A stretch of DNA of 64,000 bases from an uncultured Candidatus Binatia bacterium (GCA_965213675.1 OZ243916.1:3040001-3104000); one strand, 5' to 3'. Counted from the first letter of the stretch, positions 23,470 to 34,009 are shown. Notes: generated by a model from the sequence alone, not told the origin. Numbers and translations are program-made.

Positions 23470-25191
23470 ATGGAAAAACGAGCATTCATCGCGGTCGTCA
23501 TCTCGATCCTGATCATCCTCCTCTACCAGGAGTACATGAGACGGTTCTATCCGCCGGTGGAGCCGCCGGCGCGGGAAACCGCGACGCAGCCGCGCAAGGA
23601 GGCGCCAGCCCTGAGCCTGGTACCGGAGCAGGCGCCGTTGGTGGAGCAGCCGCTTTTTCCGGCGACGACCCCACTGCCCGAAACAACTCCGCCGCCGGGC
23701 ACGGCAGCCGCACAACCCGCGCCGAACCTTCCCGTGCGGGACGTGACGGTGGAGACCGCGGACTACCTCGCGCGTTTCACCAGCCAGGGAGCCCGGCTCA
23801 AGAGCTTCCGCCTGAAGCACTACCGTGAGGGGATCGCCGAGAACAGCCCGTTGATCGAGATGGTGTCCCATCTTCCCGGCATGGAATATCCGTTGGGCGT
23901 CCGTGTCCGCGGCGCCCGGTCGGGCACGGACCAGGACATCGTTTACGACGTTCAGGGCGCCGGTCTCCATCTGGGCGAAGGCGACGACGGCCGCCTCACA
24001 TTCTCCGGGGTGACGCCGGATGGTCGCCGCGTGGTCAAGCAGTTCACCTTCAGCGGTTCCGGCTATGCCATGGATGTGGCCGTGTCCATGGAAGGGGCCT
24101 CCCAGGCGCCGGGCCTCCTCTTCACCACCCATGGGCAGAGCAAGGGAGTCAAGAAGGACGCCAGATTCGAGGGGGTCATCGCCTTGCGCAACGGCGACCT
24201 CCAGCGTCCCTCGGAAATCGACAACAAGACCCCGCTCCGGCTGGATGGGCCGCTGTCGTGGATCGGCTTCGGCCAGACGTACTTCGTCAGCGCGTTTCTG
24301 CCGCCCGAGGGCGTGGACACGGCCGTGACCGTGATCAACAACCTGACGCCGGAACGGCGGGAAGCCATGTCCGGGTGGTTCTCGGTGGCCGACTATTCCG
24401 ACACGGCGTTCGCCCTGGAGATCCGCACCCTCGGCAACGGGGCGCCGGGGAGCGCGCGCTATCAGCTCTTCATGGGACCCAAGGTCCTCAACCTGCTCAA
24501 GTCCTTCCGGCGCGGCCTCGACGAGTCCATCGACTTCGGCTACTTCGGCTTCATCTCGGTGCCGATGCTGCAGGCGTTGCACTTCTTCGAGACCTACACC
24601 GGCAACTACGGCCTGGACATCATCCTGCTCACGCTCATCATCAAGCTGCTGCTGTGGCCGCTGACGCAGAAGAGCTTCGTCTCCATGAAGCGCATGCAGA
24701 AGCTCCAGCCGCAGATGCAGCGTCTCAAGGACAAGTTCGGCGACGACAAAACGCGGCTCAACAAGGAAATGATGGACCTCTACAAGCGGAACAAGGTGAA
24801 TCCGCTGGGAGGCTGTCTGCCGATGCTGCTGCAGTTCCCCTTCTTCATCGGCTTCTACAACGCCCTGCTGACGCCCATCGAATTGCGGCACGCGGGTTTC
24901 CTGTGGATCAAGGACCTGTCCCGCCCCGATTGGGAGTCGCTGCCGTTCTCCCTGTTCGGGTTCGATGCCGGCATTCCGGTGCTGGTGCTGCTCATGGGCG
25001 CGAGCATGTTCATCCAGCAGTGGATGTCGCCGGCCGTGGGCGACCCGAACCAGCGACGCATGATGATGCTCATGCCGCTGGTGTTTACCGTGATATTCGT
25101 GAGCTTCCCCTCGGGACTCACCATCTACTGGTTTATCAACAACCTGCTGAGCATCCTTCAGCAGTACCTGATCAACCGCAAAGAGCGCTGA
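23470..25191 (+). CDS. yidC: Membrane protein insertase YidC
   Basis: GNYGLDII, KVNPLGGCLPMLLQFP, FLWIKDLS and GLTIYW..NN motifs. Confidence 0.97.
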   Translation: MEKRAFIAVVISILIILLYQEYMRRFYPPVEPPARETATQPRKEAPALSLVPEQAPLVEQPLFPATTPLPETTPPPGTAAAQPAPNLPVRDVTVETADYLARFTSQGARLKSFRLKHYREGIAENSPLIEMVSHLPGMEYPLGVRVRGARSGTDQDIVYDVQGAGLHLGEGDDGRLTFSGVTPDGRRVVKQFTFSGSGYAMDVAVSMEGASQAPGLLFTTHGQSKGVKKDARFEGVIALRNGDLQRPSEIDNKTPLRLDGPLSWIGFGQTYFVSAFLPPEGVDTAVTVINNLTPERREAMSGWFSVADYSDTAFALEIRTLGNGAPGSARYQLFMGPKVLNLLKSFRRGLDESIDFGYFGFISVPMLQALHFFETYTGNYGLDIILLTLIIKLLLWPLTQKSFVSMKRMQKLQPQMQRLKDKFGDDKTRLNKEMMDLYKRNKVNPLGGCLPMLLQFPFFIGFYNALLTPIELRHAGFLWIKDLSRPDWESLPFSLFGFDAGIPVLVLLMGASMFIQQWMSPAVGDPNQRRMMMLMPLVFTVIFVSFPSGLTIYWFINNLLSILQQYLINRKER

Positions 25192-25245
25192 CAGCCGTGG
25201 CGGCAGTCCCGAAGGCTGTCGCGCCCCGTGGAGGAGAGGCCTGTG

Positions 25246-26100
25246 ATGAAGCAAGTGGAAACGGAAGGCGAAACCCTTGACGAGGCCGTCACCAAGGCGC
25301 TGAACCTGTTGGGGGTCGAACGGGACAAGGTGTCCCTGGACATACTGGCGGAGGAGAAGGCGGGGTTGCTGGGGTTCGGGCGCCAGAACGCGCGCGTTCG
25401 CGCCACCATACGCGCCGCGGTGACGGCCGATCTGGATGAGCCGGCGGCCGGCGCCGGGGCCGCATCCGGGGAGATGGAGCCCGTCCCGGTGGCGGAAAGC
25501 GTCCAGGCGTCCGCCGTGGACGAGGTCCGCGAATCGGCCGGGTCGGATGAGCCCGCGGAGGAACCCGCCGCGGAACCGTCCGCGGATGTGGACGACAGCG
25601 CGGATGTCGGCGAGGGCGTGACCGAGGTGGGGAAAGTCGGTGTCGAGGTGCTTGCGGAAATATTGCGGCTGATGGGCGTCGACTCCAGGGTCGTGGTCAA
25701 ACCGGGCGTCGACGCCACGGAAGTCGTCCTCGACATCCAGGGCGACAGCGGCGCCCTGCTGATTGGCCGCCGGGGTCAAACCCTGGAGGCGCTGCAGCAT
25801 ATCGTGGCCCGCATCGTCGCGGAAAGGGTCGGGCCGGACGGTCCGCAGCCCATCGTCGACGCGGAAGACTACCGCGCGCGGCGTGTCCGCAGCCTGGAGG
25901 ACATGGCCCTCCGTCTGGGCGAAACGGCCAAACGCAGCCGCAAGGCCCAGAGCATCGACGCTCTCAACGCGCGCGACCGGCGTGTGGTGCACATGGCCTT
26001 GAAGGACGACCCGTGGCTCACGACCAAAAGTCAGGGCCAGGGCGCCTACCGCCGACTCCTCATCGTCCCCGAGGGAGATCGACGCTCGCCCGACGGGTAG
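25246..26100 (+). CDS. jag: Jag/KhpB RNA-binding protein (Jag_N, KH, R3H)
   Basis: LIGRRGQTLEALQ (KH) and DRRVVH (R3H) motifs; conserved position after yidC. Confidence 0.93.
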   Translation: MKQVETEGETLDEAVTKALNLLGVERDKVSLDILAEEKAGLLGFGRQNARVRATIRAAVTADLDEPAAGAGAASGEMEPVPVAESVQASAVDEVRESAGSDEPAEEPAAEPSADVDDSADVGEGVTEVGKVGVEVLAEILRLMGVDSRVVVKPGVDATEVVLDIQGDSGALLIGRRGQTLEALQHIVARIVAERVGPDGPQPIVDAEDYRARRVRSLEDMALRLGETAKRSRKAQSIDALNARDRRVVHMALKDDPWLTTKSQGQGAYRRLLIVPEGDRRSPDG

Positions 26101-26119
26101 GACGCCGTCTCGTGTCCTG

Positions 26120-26154
26120 ACCGCGTAGGGAGATCGACGGTCGCCCTACGCGGT
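26120..26154. repeat. GTAG-type REP-like hairpin / possible terminator
   Basis: ACCGCGTAGGG ... CCCTACGCGGT perfect 11-bp inverted repeat after jag. Confidence 0.55.
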
Positions 26155-26278
26155 TTCCATGCCTTGCGGCGCATTTCCGACTACTCGGGCAGGCTGCTGG
26201 ATGGTGTCCTTCGACTGGGCGGTGTGACCCACGCCATCCCAATTCCGGAACGAATCAACGAAAATGTGATGCACCCTG

Positions 26279-26330
26279 TTGACTGGGGCGCGTGGTTCGC
26301 TATGATTTTAGATGACCGGCTGGCCGGTCA
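26279..26330 (+). promoter_or_regulatory. Promoter (TTGACT-16-TATGAT) and palindromic TetR operator TGACCGGC-TG-GCCGGTCA
   Basis: Perfect 8-bp-arm palindrome at 26313-26330 just downstream of the -10 box, upstream of tetR. Confidence 0.7.
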
Positions 26331-26366
26331 ATATAGAAGAATGCCTGCTGCAAACGCCTGCTGAAC

Positions 26367-26966
26367 ATGCCTGTCATTGTCGACAAGGAGCGCAAGCGCG
26401 CGGAGATACTGGAAGCGGCCATGCTCGTCTTTGCCGGCAAGGGCTTTCATCGCGCGAAGATGGAGGAAGTGGCGGCCGCGGCCGGCATCGGCAAGGGCAC
26501 GATCTACGAGTATTTCACCAGCAAGCCCCAGATGCTCCAGGCCCTCCACGGCCACATGCTCGGTAAACTCAACGATTACTACAGCGAGAAGCTCAAGGGC
26601 ATCGAAGAGCCTCCCGAAATACTGACCCAATTCCTTGCCGCGGCCTTGGCCAGTTTCCGGGAATGGGAGCCCATTTTCTACGTCTTCTGCGACGTCTGGG
26701 CCGAAGCCGGCCGCGCCGAGCAGCAGAACCTCCTCCGCGTGCAGTTGCGCAACGCCTACCAGTCGTCCATCGACGACCTGGTTCTGGTGGTCGAGGCGGG
26801 CGTGGCCGGCGGCTTCTTCCGTTGCGAGCAACCCCGGCTGGCGGCTGAGCACATTCTCGCATGCGTCGACGGACTGGCACTCCATTGGCTTTATGGTCCG
26901 GAGACTTTCGACCTTGACGAAATGACCCGGCATCTGACCCGGACGGTCCTGAGGAGCCTGTCGTGA
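26367..26966 (+). CDS. TetR/AcrR family transcriptional regulator
   Basis: ILEAAMLVFAGKGF...VAAAAGIGKGTIYEYF HTH motif. Confidence 0.95.
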   Translation: MPVIVDKERKRAEILEAAMLVFAGKGFHRAKMEEVAAAAGIGKGTIYEYFTSKPQMLQALHGHMLGKLNDYYSEKLKGIEEPPEILTQFLAAALASFREWEPIFYVFCDVWAEAGRAEQQNLLRVQLRNAYQSSIDDLVLVVEAGVAGGFFRCEQPRLAAEHILACVDGLALHWLYGPETFDLDEMTRHLTRTVLRSLS

Positions 26967-28213
26967 GAGTGCGCGTAGCCATATCGGTCTTGTTGATCCT
27001 GCTGCTGAGCGCGGTGACCGCCGTGGGGGTCTATGTGATCCAGGATGTGGAGGAAGCGCCGCTGGTCCAGCCCGAAGCGGTCCCCGTGCCCGTGGAGGTG
27101 GCCGCGGTGGTGGCCGCCGACTTCGTCCACCGCATCGAAGCCCTGGGAAGCATCGCGGCGGTGCGCGAAGGCTCGGTCAGCGCCGAGGTCACCGGACGCA
27201 TCGTCGAGATTCCCGCGAACGTGGATTTGGGGAGCGAGGTAGCGGTGGGCGATCTGCTGGCCCGGGTGGACCACCGGGACTACGAGATCGCGGTGCGGAA
27301 GGCCGTGGCGCAAGTGTCCGGGGCCAAGGCGCGGTTGCGCAAGGCCGCGGTGGACATCGACCGGCAGCGCAACCTGGTGGGGCTCAACGCGGAACAGCTC
27401 CGCCTGGCGCGGGCGGAGCATGATCGCCTTGTCAAGCTGCGCGAAAAAGGGCTGGTGTCCAGCCAGGCCGTGGAGCGCCAGGAGCTTTCCTGGCGGCGCA
27501 TCGAAGAGGAGCTCGAGTCGGCACGAAGCGGCCAGCGTCAGACGGAAGCCCAGTACGCCATTGGCCAGGCCGACCTCGAGCTGGCCAATGCGCAATGGGA
27601 ACAGGCTCGGGAAACCCTTCGCGACACCGAGGTCCGCGCACCCTATGCCGGCATCATCGCGCGCAAGCATGTCACGCTTGGGGAGCGCGTCGCGCCGGGG
27701 CAGGTTCTGTTCCAGCTTGCCGACGTGGAGACCGTGAAGCTCGAGGTGCGTATCCCGGCCTCCGACATGCAACAGCTCGACCCGGGGGCCGCGGCCAGTG
27801 TGCGCGTCACCGGTCTGGAGCGGGAGACCGCCGGTCGGGTGGCCAACATCGGCCCGCGCGCCGATCCGGTCACCCGCTCGTTTCCCGTGGAGATATTCCT
27901 GTCCAACCCGGAGCGCCGTCTTCTTCCCGGGATGTTCGCGCGCGCCGTAATCCCGGTGCGCCGCTATCCCGCGGCCATCCTGATCCCGCGGGACAGCGTC
28001 CTGTTCGAAGACGGCGAGTCCACCGTTTTCGTGGCGGAACCCCATGGCCGCGTCGCGTCGCGCCGGACGGTGCGCATCGCCCGGCGTTTCGGCGCGCGCT
28101 ACATGATCGCCGGCGGTCTTGAACCCGGAGACCTGCTCGTCACCGCCGGTCAGCGGCTGCTGCTGGATGGCGCGCGCATTCGCGTGGTCACGCGCCGGGA
28201 TCTGTCCTCATGA
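26963..28213 (+). CDS. RND efflux periplasmic adaptor (membrane fusion protein)
   Basis: N-terminal TM, VSAEVTGRI lipoyl half, coiled coil, VRAPYAG and LLPGMFAR motifs. Confidence 0.93.
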   Translation: MRVRVAISVLLILLLSAVTAVGVYVIQDVEEAPLVQPEAVPVPVEVAAVVAADFVHRIEALGSIAAVREGSVSAEVTGRIVEIPANVDLGSEVAVGDLLARVDHRDYEIAVRKAVAQVSGAKARLRKAAVDIDRQRNLVGLNAEQLRLARAEHDRLVKLREKGLVSSQAVERQELSWRRIEEELESARSGQRQTEAQYAIGQADLELANAQWEQARETLRDTEVRAPYAGIIARKHVTLGERVAPGQVLFQLADVETVKLEVRIPASDMQQLDPGAAASVRVTGLERETAGRVANIGPRADPVTRSFPVEIFLSNPERRLLPGMFARAVIPVRRYPAAILIPRDSVLFEDGESTVFVAEPHGRVASRRTVRIARRFGARYMIAGGLEPGDLLVTAGQRLLLDGARIRVVTRRDLSS

Positions 28214-31200
28214 AGAAGGTGATCGAGTTCTCCATCGGAAACCCCGTCATTGTCAACCTGGTGGTGCTTCTGATCCTCATCTCCGGCGTGATCGCCTTCG
28301 TCGGGATGAAGCGGGAGTTGTTCCCCGATTTCTCCAATCGCGTGATTCAGGTGGACACGACGTACCGTGGCGCCTCGCCCGAGGAAATCGAAGAACTCAT
28401 CACGGCCAAGATCGAGGACCAGGTTCGCAACGTGGACGGCGTAGACGAGATGATCTCCACTTCGCGCGAGGGGAAATCCGAAATCCGCCTTCGGATGCAG
28501 TCGGATGCCGGCATGAGCCGCGCCCTGGGGGACGTGCGCGCCGCCCTGGACCGTGTCGTGGGATTGCCGGACGAGGCGGACGAGCCTCAGGTGAGTGAGG
28601 TCCTGTCCACGATCCCGGTGATCACCGTGGCCTTGAGTGGCGCCATCCCCGAACAGGAACTGCGTGAGATCGCCAAGGACGTGCGCGATCAGCTCCGTCG
28701 CGTGGCCGGCGTCGCCAGCGTGTCCATATTCGGCTTGCGCGAGAGCCGGATCCTCGTGGAGATCGACCCCGAGCGGCTGGATCAGTACCGGCTGAGCCTG
28801 GAAGAGATTCGCGCCGCGGTGAGCAATCAGAACCGCAACGTGCCCGGGGGGGCGCTGAAGACCGCCCGCGGCGAGATCCTGGTGCGGACGCTGGGGGTGG
28901 CTGGAGGCGTGGCGGACGTGGAGCGGATGATTCTCCGTTCCACCGACACCGGGCACGCGCTCACGGTGGGGGCCGTGGCCGAGGTGAGGGAGTCCTTTGA
29001 AGACCCCACGGTACTGGCGCGGTTCGACGGAAAGCCGTCGCTCAACCTCGTGGTGATCAAGGAGCGGAGCGGCGATACCATCAGCGTTGCGGAACGCATC
29101 CGCGAGTCCGTGGCGGACATTCGCAAGACCTTGCCGGAAACCGTTTCCGTCGGGGTCTTCAACGACTTTTCCGTGTACATCCGAAACCGGCTGGGCACGC
29201 TCGGTGAGAGCGGCGCCATCGGTCTGAGCATCGTGCTGGCCACCCTGTGCGTGTTCGTCCGCGGGCGGATTGCGCTGTTGACGTCCCTCGGCATTCCGTT
29301 CGCCTTGCTGGGTTGTCTGACCCTGATGTCGGCTTTCGATTACAGCCTGAACATGATCTCCGCTTTCGGCCTGATCCTGGTGCTGGGCCTGCTGGTGGAC
29401 GATGCCGTCATCGTGACCGAGAACGTGTACCGCCATGTGGAACAGGGCTTGCCGCCCAAGGAGGCGGCGCTTCGCGGCACCAGCGAGGTTGCCTGGCCGG
29501 TGGTCACCACCGTGGTCACCACGGTCGCCGCGTTCGTACCGTTCCTGTTGATCCCGGGAACCATGGGTGTCTTCATGGAGCCCCTTCCCATCGTCGTTAC
29601 CTTCGCGCTGTTGCTCTCGCTGTTCGAGGTGTTGTTCATCCTGCCGTCGCATCTCTCGGACGTCATCACGCCGGCGTATGCGGACAAGGTGCGGCGGGGA
29701 GAGCGCCGGTGGCTCACCCAACTGCGCCGGCGCTATCAGTTGGGAGGTCTTCGCCGCACGCGCGTGCCCGGCCAGCGCCTGTGGCTGGCCGGGCTGCGCG
29801 GCGGCTACGAAAAGATCCTTGGAGTCGCGGTCCGCTGGCGTTATGTGACGGTCACCGTGATCGTGGCGGCGAGCGTATTGCTGGCCGCGGCCGCCCAGTA
29901 CCGCGTCCCCTTCGTGCTTTTCAGGGAGTTTGAATCGAGCCAGTTCTTCATCAACTTCGAGACTTCCGCCAACGCCAAGCTGGAAGACACCGAGGCCGTG
30001 GCCGTTCAGGCTGAGGAGATCGCCCTGGCGCTGCCTCCCAGCGAGCTCAGGTCCCTTTCCACGACCGTGGGCGCCTCCTTCCTGGACGTGAACCGCGTGG
30101 TGCGGGGCAGCAACGTCGGACAACTCACCCTGGAGTTGCAGGACGACCGCGACCGCACTTCGGCGGAGATCATCGAGGATCTCCGGGGCAGGATGGAACG
30201 GATCCCGGGCATCACCAAGCTCCAGTTCCTCAGTCTCCAGGCCGGCCCCGGAGGGCCGGACATCGAGGCCCGGATCATCGGCGAGGACCTCGCCCAGCTC
30301 CGGCGCCTGACCGACGAGGTCAAGGCCTTCCTGGCGACCTTCCCCGGTGTTCGCGACATCCGGGACGACATGGTCGCCGGCAAGGAGGAACTGCGCATCA
30401 GCCTCAAGCCGGAAGGACGTGCGCTGGGTCTCGACGTGAGGAGCATCGCGCGCCAGGTGCAACAGGGTTTCCAGGGGGTCGAAGCGTCGAGCATCCAGCG
30501 CGGCGACGAGGACGTGCCCATCTTCGTCCGATTTCCCGGGGACCAGCGCAGCCAGGTGGACACCGTGTCGCGCATGAAGCTGACGTTGCCCTCCGGCGAG
30601 CGGGTCTTCCTGAGCGATGTCGCCGGCATCGGCACCGGTGTCAGCGCCACGCAGATCAACCGGGACGACCAGAAGCGGGCGCTGAGCGTCTTCGCCGAAG
30701 TGGAGCCGGCGAAGACCACCGTGGTGGAGGTCACGGATGCCCTTCAGCGGCAGTTCGCCGACGCCGGCGGGCGTTACCCGGGGCTGCGGGTGGTGGTCAA
30801 GGGTGAACGGCAGGAGACGGAGGAGTCGCTGGGGGCCCTGCCGCGGATCTCCCTGATCACGCTGTTCGTCATCTATTTCGTGCTGGGTTCCCTGTTCAAG
30901 TCGTTCGTACAACCGTTCATCGTCATGGCCGCGATTCCCTTTGCCCTCGGCGGTGTCGTGATCGGTCACCTCGTCATGGGCGAGAACCTGAGCTTCATGT
31001 CCATTCTGGGCTTCATCGCCCTGGCGGGGGTCGTCGTCAACGATTCCCTCATCCTGGTGGACTTCATCAACCGCAGCCGGAGAAACGGCACACCGGCCTA
31101 CGAGTCCATCATCCAGTCCGGCGTCGTGCGACTGAGGCCGGTCATGCTCACCACCGTCACCACTGTCGGTGGTCTTGTGCCCCTGGCCTTCTTCGCCACC

Positions 31201-31383
31201 GGGCAGGCGAGGTTCCTTTCCCCCATGGCCATCTCCGTGGTCTGGGGCCTGTCCTTCGCCACCATTCTCACGCTGATCCTCACGCCCTGCCTCTACGGCA
31301 TTCTGGACGACCTGAAGGCGATCCTCCGGCGCTGGTTCCGCTCCGACGTGCCTGTCGAAGGAATCGCCGCGGAGCGTTTGTAG
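28210..31383 (+). CDS. RND efflux permease (AcrB family)
   Basis: GLLVDDAVIVTEN, GVVVNDSLIL and RLRPVMLTT motifs. Confidence 0.95.
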   Translation: MKKVIEFSIGNPVIVNLVVLLILISGVIAFVGMKRELFPDFSNRVIQVDTTYRGASPEEIEELITAKIEDQVRNVDGVDEMISTSREGKSEIRLRMQSDAGMSRALGDVRAALDRVVGLPDEADEPQVSEVLSTIPVITVALSGAIPEQELREIAKDVRDQLRRVAGVASVSIFGLRESRILVEIDPERLDQYRLSLEEIRAAVSNQNRNVPGGALKTARGEILVRTLGVAGGVADVERMILRSTDTGHALTVGAVAEVRESFEDPTVLARFDGKPSLNLVVIKERSGDTISVAERIRESVADIRKTLPETVSVGVFNDFSVYIRNRLGTLGESGAIGLSIVLATLCVFVRGRIALLTSLGIPFALLGCLTLMSAFDYSLNMISAFGLILVLGLLVDDAVIVTENVYRHVEQGLPPKEAALRGTSEVAWPVVTTVVTTVAAFVPFLLIPGTMGVFMEPLPIVVTFALLLSLFEVLFILPSHLSDVITPAYADKVRRGERRWLTQLRRRYQLGGLRRTRVPGQRLWLAGLRGGYEKILGVAVRWRYVTVTVIVAASVLLAAAAQYRVPFVLFREFESSQFFINFETSANAKLEDTEAVAVQAEEIALALPPSELRSLSTTVGASFLDVNRVVRGSNVGQLTLELQDDRDRTSAEIIEDLRGRMERIPGITKLQFLSLQAGPGGPDIEARIIGEDLAQLRRLTDEVKAFLATFPGVRDIRDDMVAGKEELRISLKPEGRALGLDVRSIARQVQQGFQGVEASSIQRGDEDVPIFVRFPGDQRSQVDTVSRMKLTLPSGERVFLSDVAGIGTGVSATQINRDDQKRALSVFAEVEPAKTTVVEVTDALQRQFADAGGRYPGLRVVVKGERQETEESLGALPRISLITLFVIYFVLGSLFKSFVQPFIVMAAIPFALGGVVIGHLVMGENLSFMSILGFIALAGVVVNDSLILVDFINRSRRNGTPAYESIIQSGVVRLRPVMLTTVTTVGGLVPLAFFATGQARFLSPMAISVVWGLSFATILTLILTPCLYGILDDLKAILRRWFRSDVPVEGIAAERL

Positions 31384-31420
31384 GACCGTGGAGAGCGGCG
31401 CAAGCTCCTCGCGAACCACC

Positions 31421-31444
31421 ATTCCCGCGGAAACGGGAATCCAG
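31421..31444. repeat. ATTCCC-N8-GGGAAT repeat, third copy
   Basis: ATTCCC-GCGGAAAC-GGGAATCCAG. Confidence 0.7.
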
Positions 31445-31480
31445 GGGTGGGGTGTGGGGGCATGCCGGAACCGCCGGAAT

Positions 31481-31509
31481 TTGACACCTTCCGGGGCGCT
31501 CCCTATAAG
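31481..31509 (+). promoter_or_regulatory. Sigma70 promoter of proS (probably leaderless transcript)
   Basis: TTGACA-17 nt-TATAAG, followed 7 nt later by the ATG at 31517. Confidence 0.65.
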
Positions 31510-31516
31510 TGATGGC

Positions 31517-33235
31517 ATGCGCTGGCGAACGTCCTTCATTCCCACGGTCAAGGAAGACCCCTCGGACGCGGAGGTGGTCAGTCATCGGCTGCTGGTGCGC
31601 GCCGGCATGATCCGGCAGGTGAGCCGCGGGGTGTACGACATCCTGCCGCTGGCGCTCCGCGCTCTGCGCAAGATCGAGGCCATCGTGCGCGAGGAGATGA
31701 ACCGGGCCGGCGCCCAGGAACTGCTCATGCCCGTCACGTCGCCCGCGGAGCTGTGGCGGGACAGCGGCCGATGGAACGTGTACGGCAAGGAGCTGCTGCG
31801 CTTCAAGGACCGCCACGAGCGCGACTTCTGCCTCGCCCCCACCCACGAGGAGGTCATCACCGACATCGTGCGCCGGGACGTGCGTTCCTATCGCGAACTG
31901 CCCATGAACCTCTACCAGATCCAGACCAAGTTCCGGGACGAGGTACGCCCACGCTTCGGACTCATGCGCGGGCGCGAGTTCATCATGAAGGACGCCTACA
32001 GCTTCCACCTGGACCGGGAGGACGCCGAGCGCGAGTACCGCAACATGTACGACACCTACCGGCGCATCTTCACCCGCTGCGGCCTGAGCTTTCGCGCGGT
32101 GGAGGCCGACTCGGGCGCCATCGGCGGCAGCCTGTCGCACGAGTTCCAGGTGCTGGCGGAATCGGGGGAGGATGCGCTCGCCGCCTGCGGCGCCTGCGAC
32201 TACGCGGCCAACATACAGAAGGCCGAGTCGCGGTTGGCGGAATCCAGCGGCGGCGCCACGGGCGGCACCAGGCCCGAGGTGGTGCCCACGCCCGGCCTCA
32301 AGACCGTCCCGGAGGTGTCCGGTTTCCTCAAGGTCCCGCCCGAGCGCTTCATCAAGACCATGATCTACCGGAAGCCCTCGGGGGGACTGCTGGCGGTGCT
32401 GGTGCGCGGCGACCACGAAGTCAACGAGACCAAGCTGGGCAACCTGCTGGACACCATCGCGGTGGAGCTGGCGGACGAGGACGAAGTGTTGGATGCCGTG
32501 GGCGCGCCGCCAGGGTTCCTGGGGCCGATGGATCTCCCGCTGGAGGCGTGGGCGGACCACGCCGTCCGGGGCATGACCGGCGCGGTCACCGGCGCCAATC
32601 AGCGCGACGCCCACACGGTCCACGTGGATCAGGCGCGGGATTTCACACCCTCCCGTTTCGCGGATCTGCGACTGGTGCGGGCCGGCGACGGCTGTACGCG
32701 CTGCGACGAGGGCGTCATCGAGGAGCATCGCGGCATCGAGGTGGGGCACGTGTTCTACCTTGGGCGCAAGTACAGCGAGGCCATGAACGCCACCATCCTC
32801 GACTCCGAGGGGCACGAGCGCGTCATGGAGATGGGCTGCTACGGCATCGGCGTCACCCGGCTCATGGCCGCCGCCATCGAACAGAACAACGACGCCGACG
32901 GCATCATCTGGCCCCTGTCCATCGCGCCGTTCGCGGTGGAGTTGCTGCCGCTCAACTACAAGGAGGAGACCGTCCGGGAGGTCACTGAGCGCATCTACGA
33001 CGGCCTGCGGGAGGCCGATTGCGAGGTTCTGCTGGACGACCGCGACGAACGCCCCGGCGTCAAGTTCAAGGACGCCGACCTCGTGGGCATCCCGTTGCGC
33101 GTCACCATCGGCGCCCGAGGTCTGGCCAAGGGCCGCGTGGAGTTGCGCTGGCGCAAGGATGGAACCACCGGCGAGATCCCAGTGGACGAGGCCGTCGCGC
33201 GCATCGTCGCGGCGCTGGAGGACGGACAGACATGA
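31517..33235 (+). CDS. proS: Proline--tRNA ligase (bacterial type with editing domain)
   Basis: SHRLLVRAGMIRQ, KFRDEVRPRFGLMRGREF, GIEVGHVF and MGCYGIG motifs. Confidence 0.98.
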   Translation: MRWRTSFIPTVKEDPSDAEVVSHRLLVRAGMIRQVSRGVYDILPLALRALRKIEAIVREEMNRAGAQELLMPVTSPAELWRDSGRWNVYGKELLRFKDRHERDFCLAPTHEEVITDIVRRDVRSYRELPMNLYQIQTKFRDEVRPRFGLMRGREFIMKDAYSFHLDREDAEREYRNMYDTYRRIFTRCGLSFRAVEADSGAIGGSLSHEFQVLAESGEDALAACGACDYAANIQKAESRLAESSGGATGGTRPEVVPTPGLKTVPEVSGFLKVPPERFIKTMIYRKPSGGLLAVLVRGDHEVNETKLGNLLDTIAVELADEDEVLDAVGAPPGFLGPMDLPLEAWADHAVRGMTGAVTGANQRDAHTVHVDQARDFTPSRFADLRLVRAGDGCTRCDEGVIEEHRGIEVGHVFYLGRKYSEAMNATILDSEGHERVMEMGCYGIGVTRLMAAAIEQNNDADGIIWPLSIAPFAVELLPLNYKEETVREVTERIYDGLREADCEVLLDDRDERPGVKFKDADLVGIPLRVTIGARGLAKGRVELRWRKDGTTGEIPVDEAVARIVAALEDGQT

Positions 33236-33966
33236 CAGCGGCGGCGCAAATCCGGCAGCGGCTGATCGTGGCCCTGGACGTGGCCGACCCATCGAGGGCG
33301 ACGGCCCTTGCGACCCTGCTGGCGCCGGAAGTCGGCATGTTCAAGGTCGGCAAGCAGCTTTACGTGAGTGCCGGGCCGGACATCGTCCGCGCTATTCACG
33401 ATCTTGGCGGCGAGGTCTTCCTCGACCTGAAGTTCCATGACATCTCCAACACCGTGGCCGCGGCGGCCGTGGAGGCGGCCCGGCTCGGTGTCCGGCTGTT
33501 CAACGTCCACGCATCCGGAGGCCCGAAGATGATGCGGCAGACCGCGGCGGCGGTGGAAAAAGTGTGCGGAGAGGAAGGCTTGCGGCGGCCCTGGGTGCTG
33601 GGTGTCACGGTCCTCACGAGTCTTGACGACATGGACCTCGAGACGCTGGGGACACCGGGGGGCGTGCGCGCCCAGGTCCTGCGGCTGGCGCGGCTGGCGC
33701 GGGAGGCCGGCCTCGCGGGCGTCGTCTGCTCCGCTCAGGAGGCCGCGGACATCCGGCGCACTTGCGGCGATGGCTTCCTGCTGGTGACGCCGGGCATCCG
33801 CCCTGCGGGCCAGGAGGAAGGCGATCAGAAGCGGATCATGACCCCCGGAGACGCCGTGCGCGCCGGCATCGACTACATCGTGGTGGGCCGTCCCATCACC
33901 GGGTCGGGCGACCCGGCTGGCGCGGCGCGGTCGGTGGTGGCGGAGATGGCCGAGGCCGCCGGTTGA
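33232..33966 (+). CDS. pyrF: Orotidine-5'-phosphate decarboxylase
   Basis: LIVALD, FLDLKFHDISNT, VTPGIR and VVGRPI motifs. Confidence 0.97.
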   Translation: MTAAAQIRQRLIVALDVADPSRATALATLLAPEVGMFKVGKQLYVSAGPDIVRAIHDLGGEVFLDLKFHDISNTVAAAAVEAARLGVRLFNVHASGGPKMMRQTAAAVEKVCGEEGLRRPWVLGVTVLTSLDDMDLETLGTPGGVRAQVLRLARLAREAGLAGVVCSAQEAADIRRTCGDGFLLVTPGIRPAGQEEGDQKRIMTPGDAVRAGIDYIVVGRPITGSGDPAGAARSVVAEMAEAAG

Positions 33967-34009
33967 CCAAGGGTCGCAGCGCGCGGCTACAACGTTCACC
34001 ACGAAGATG

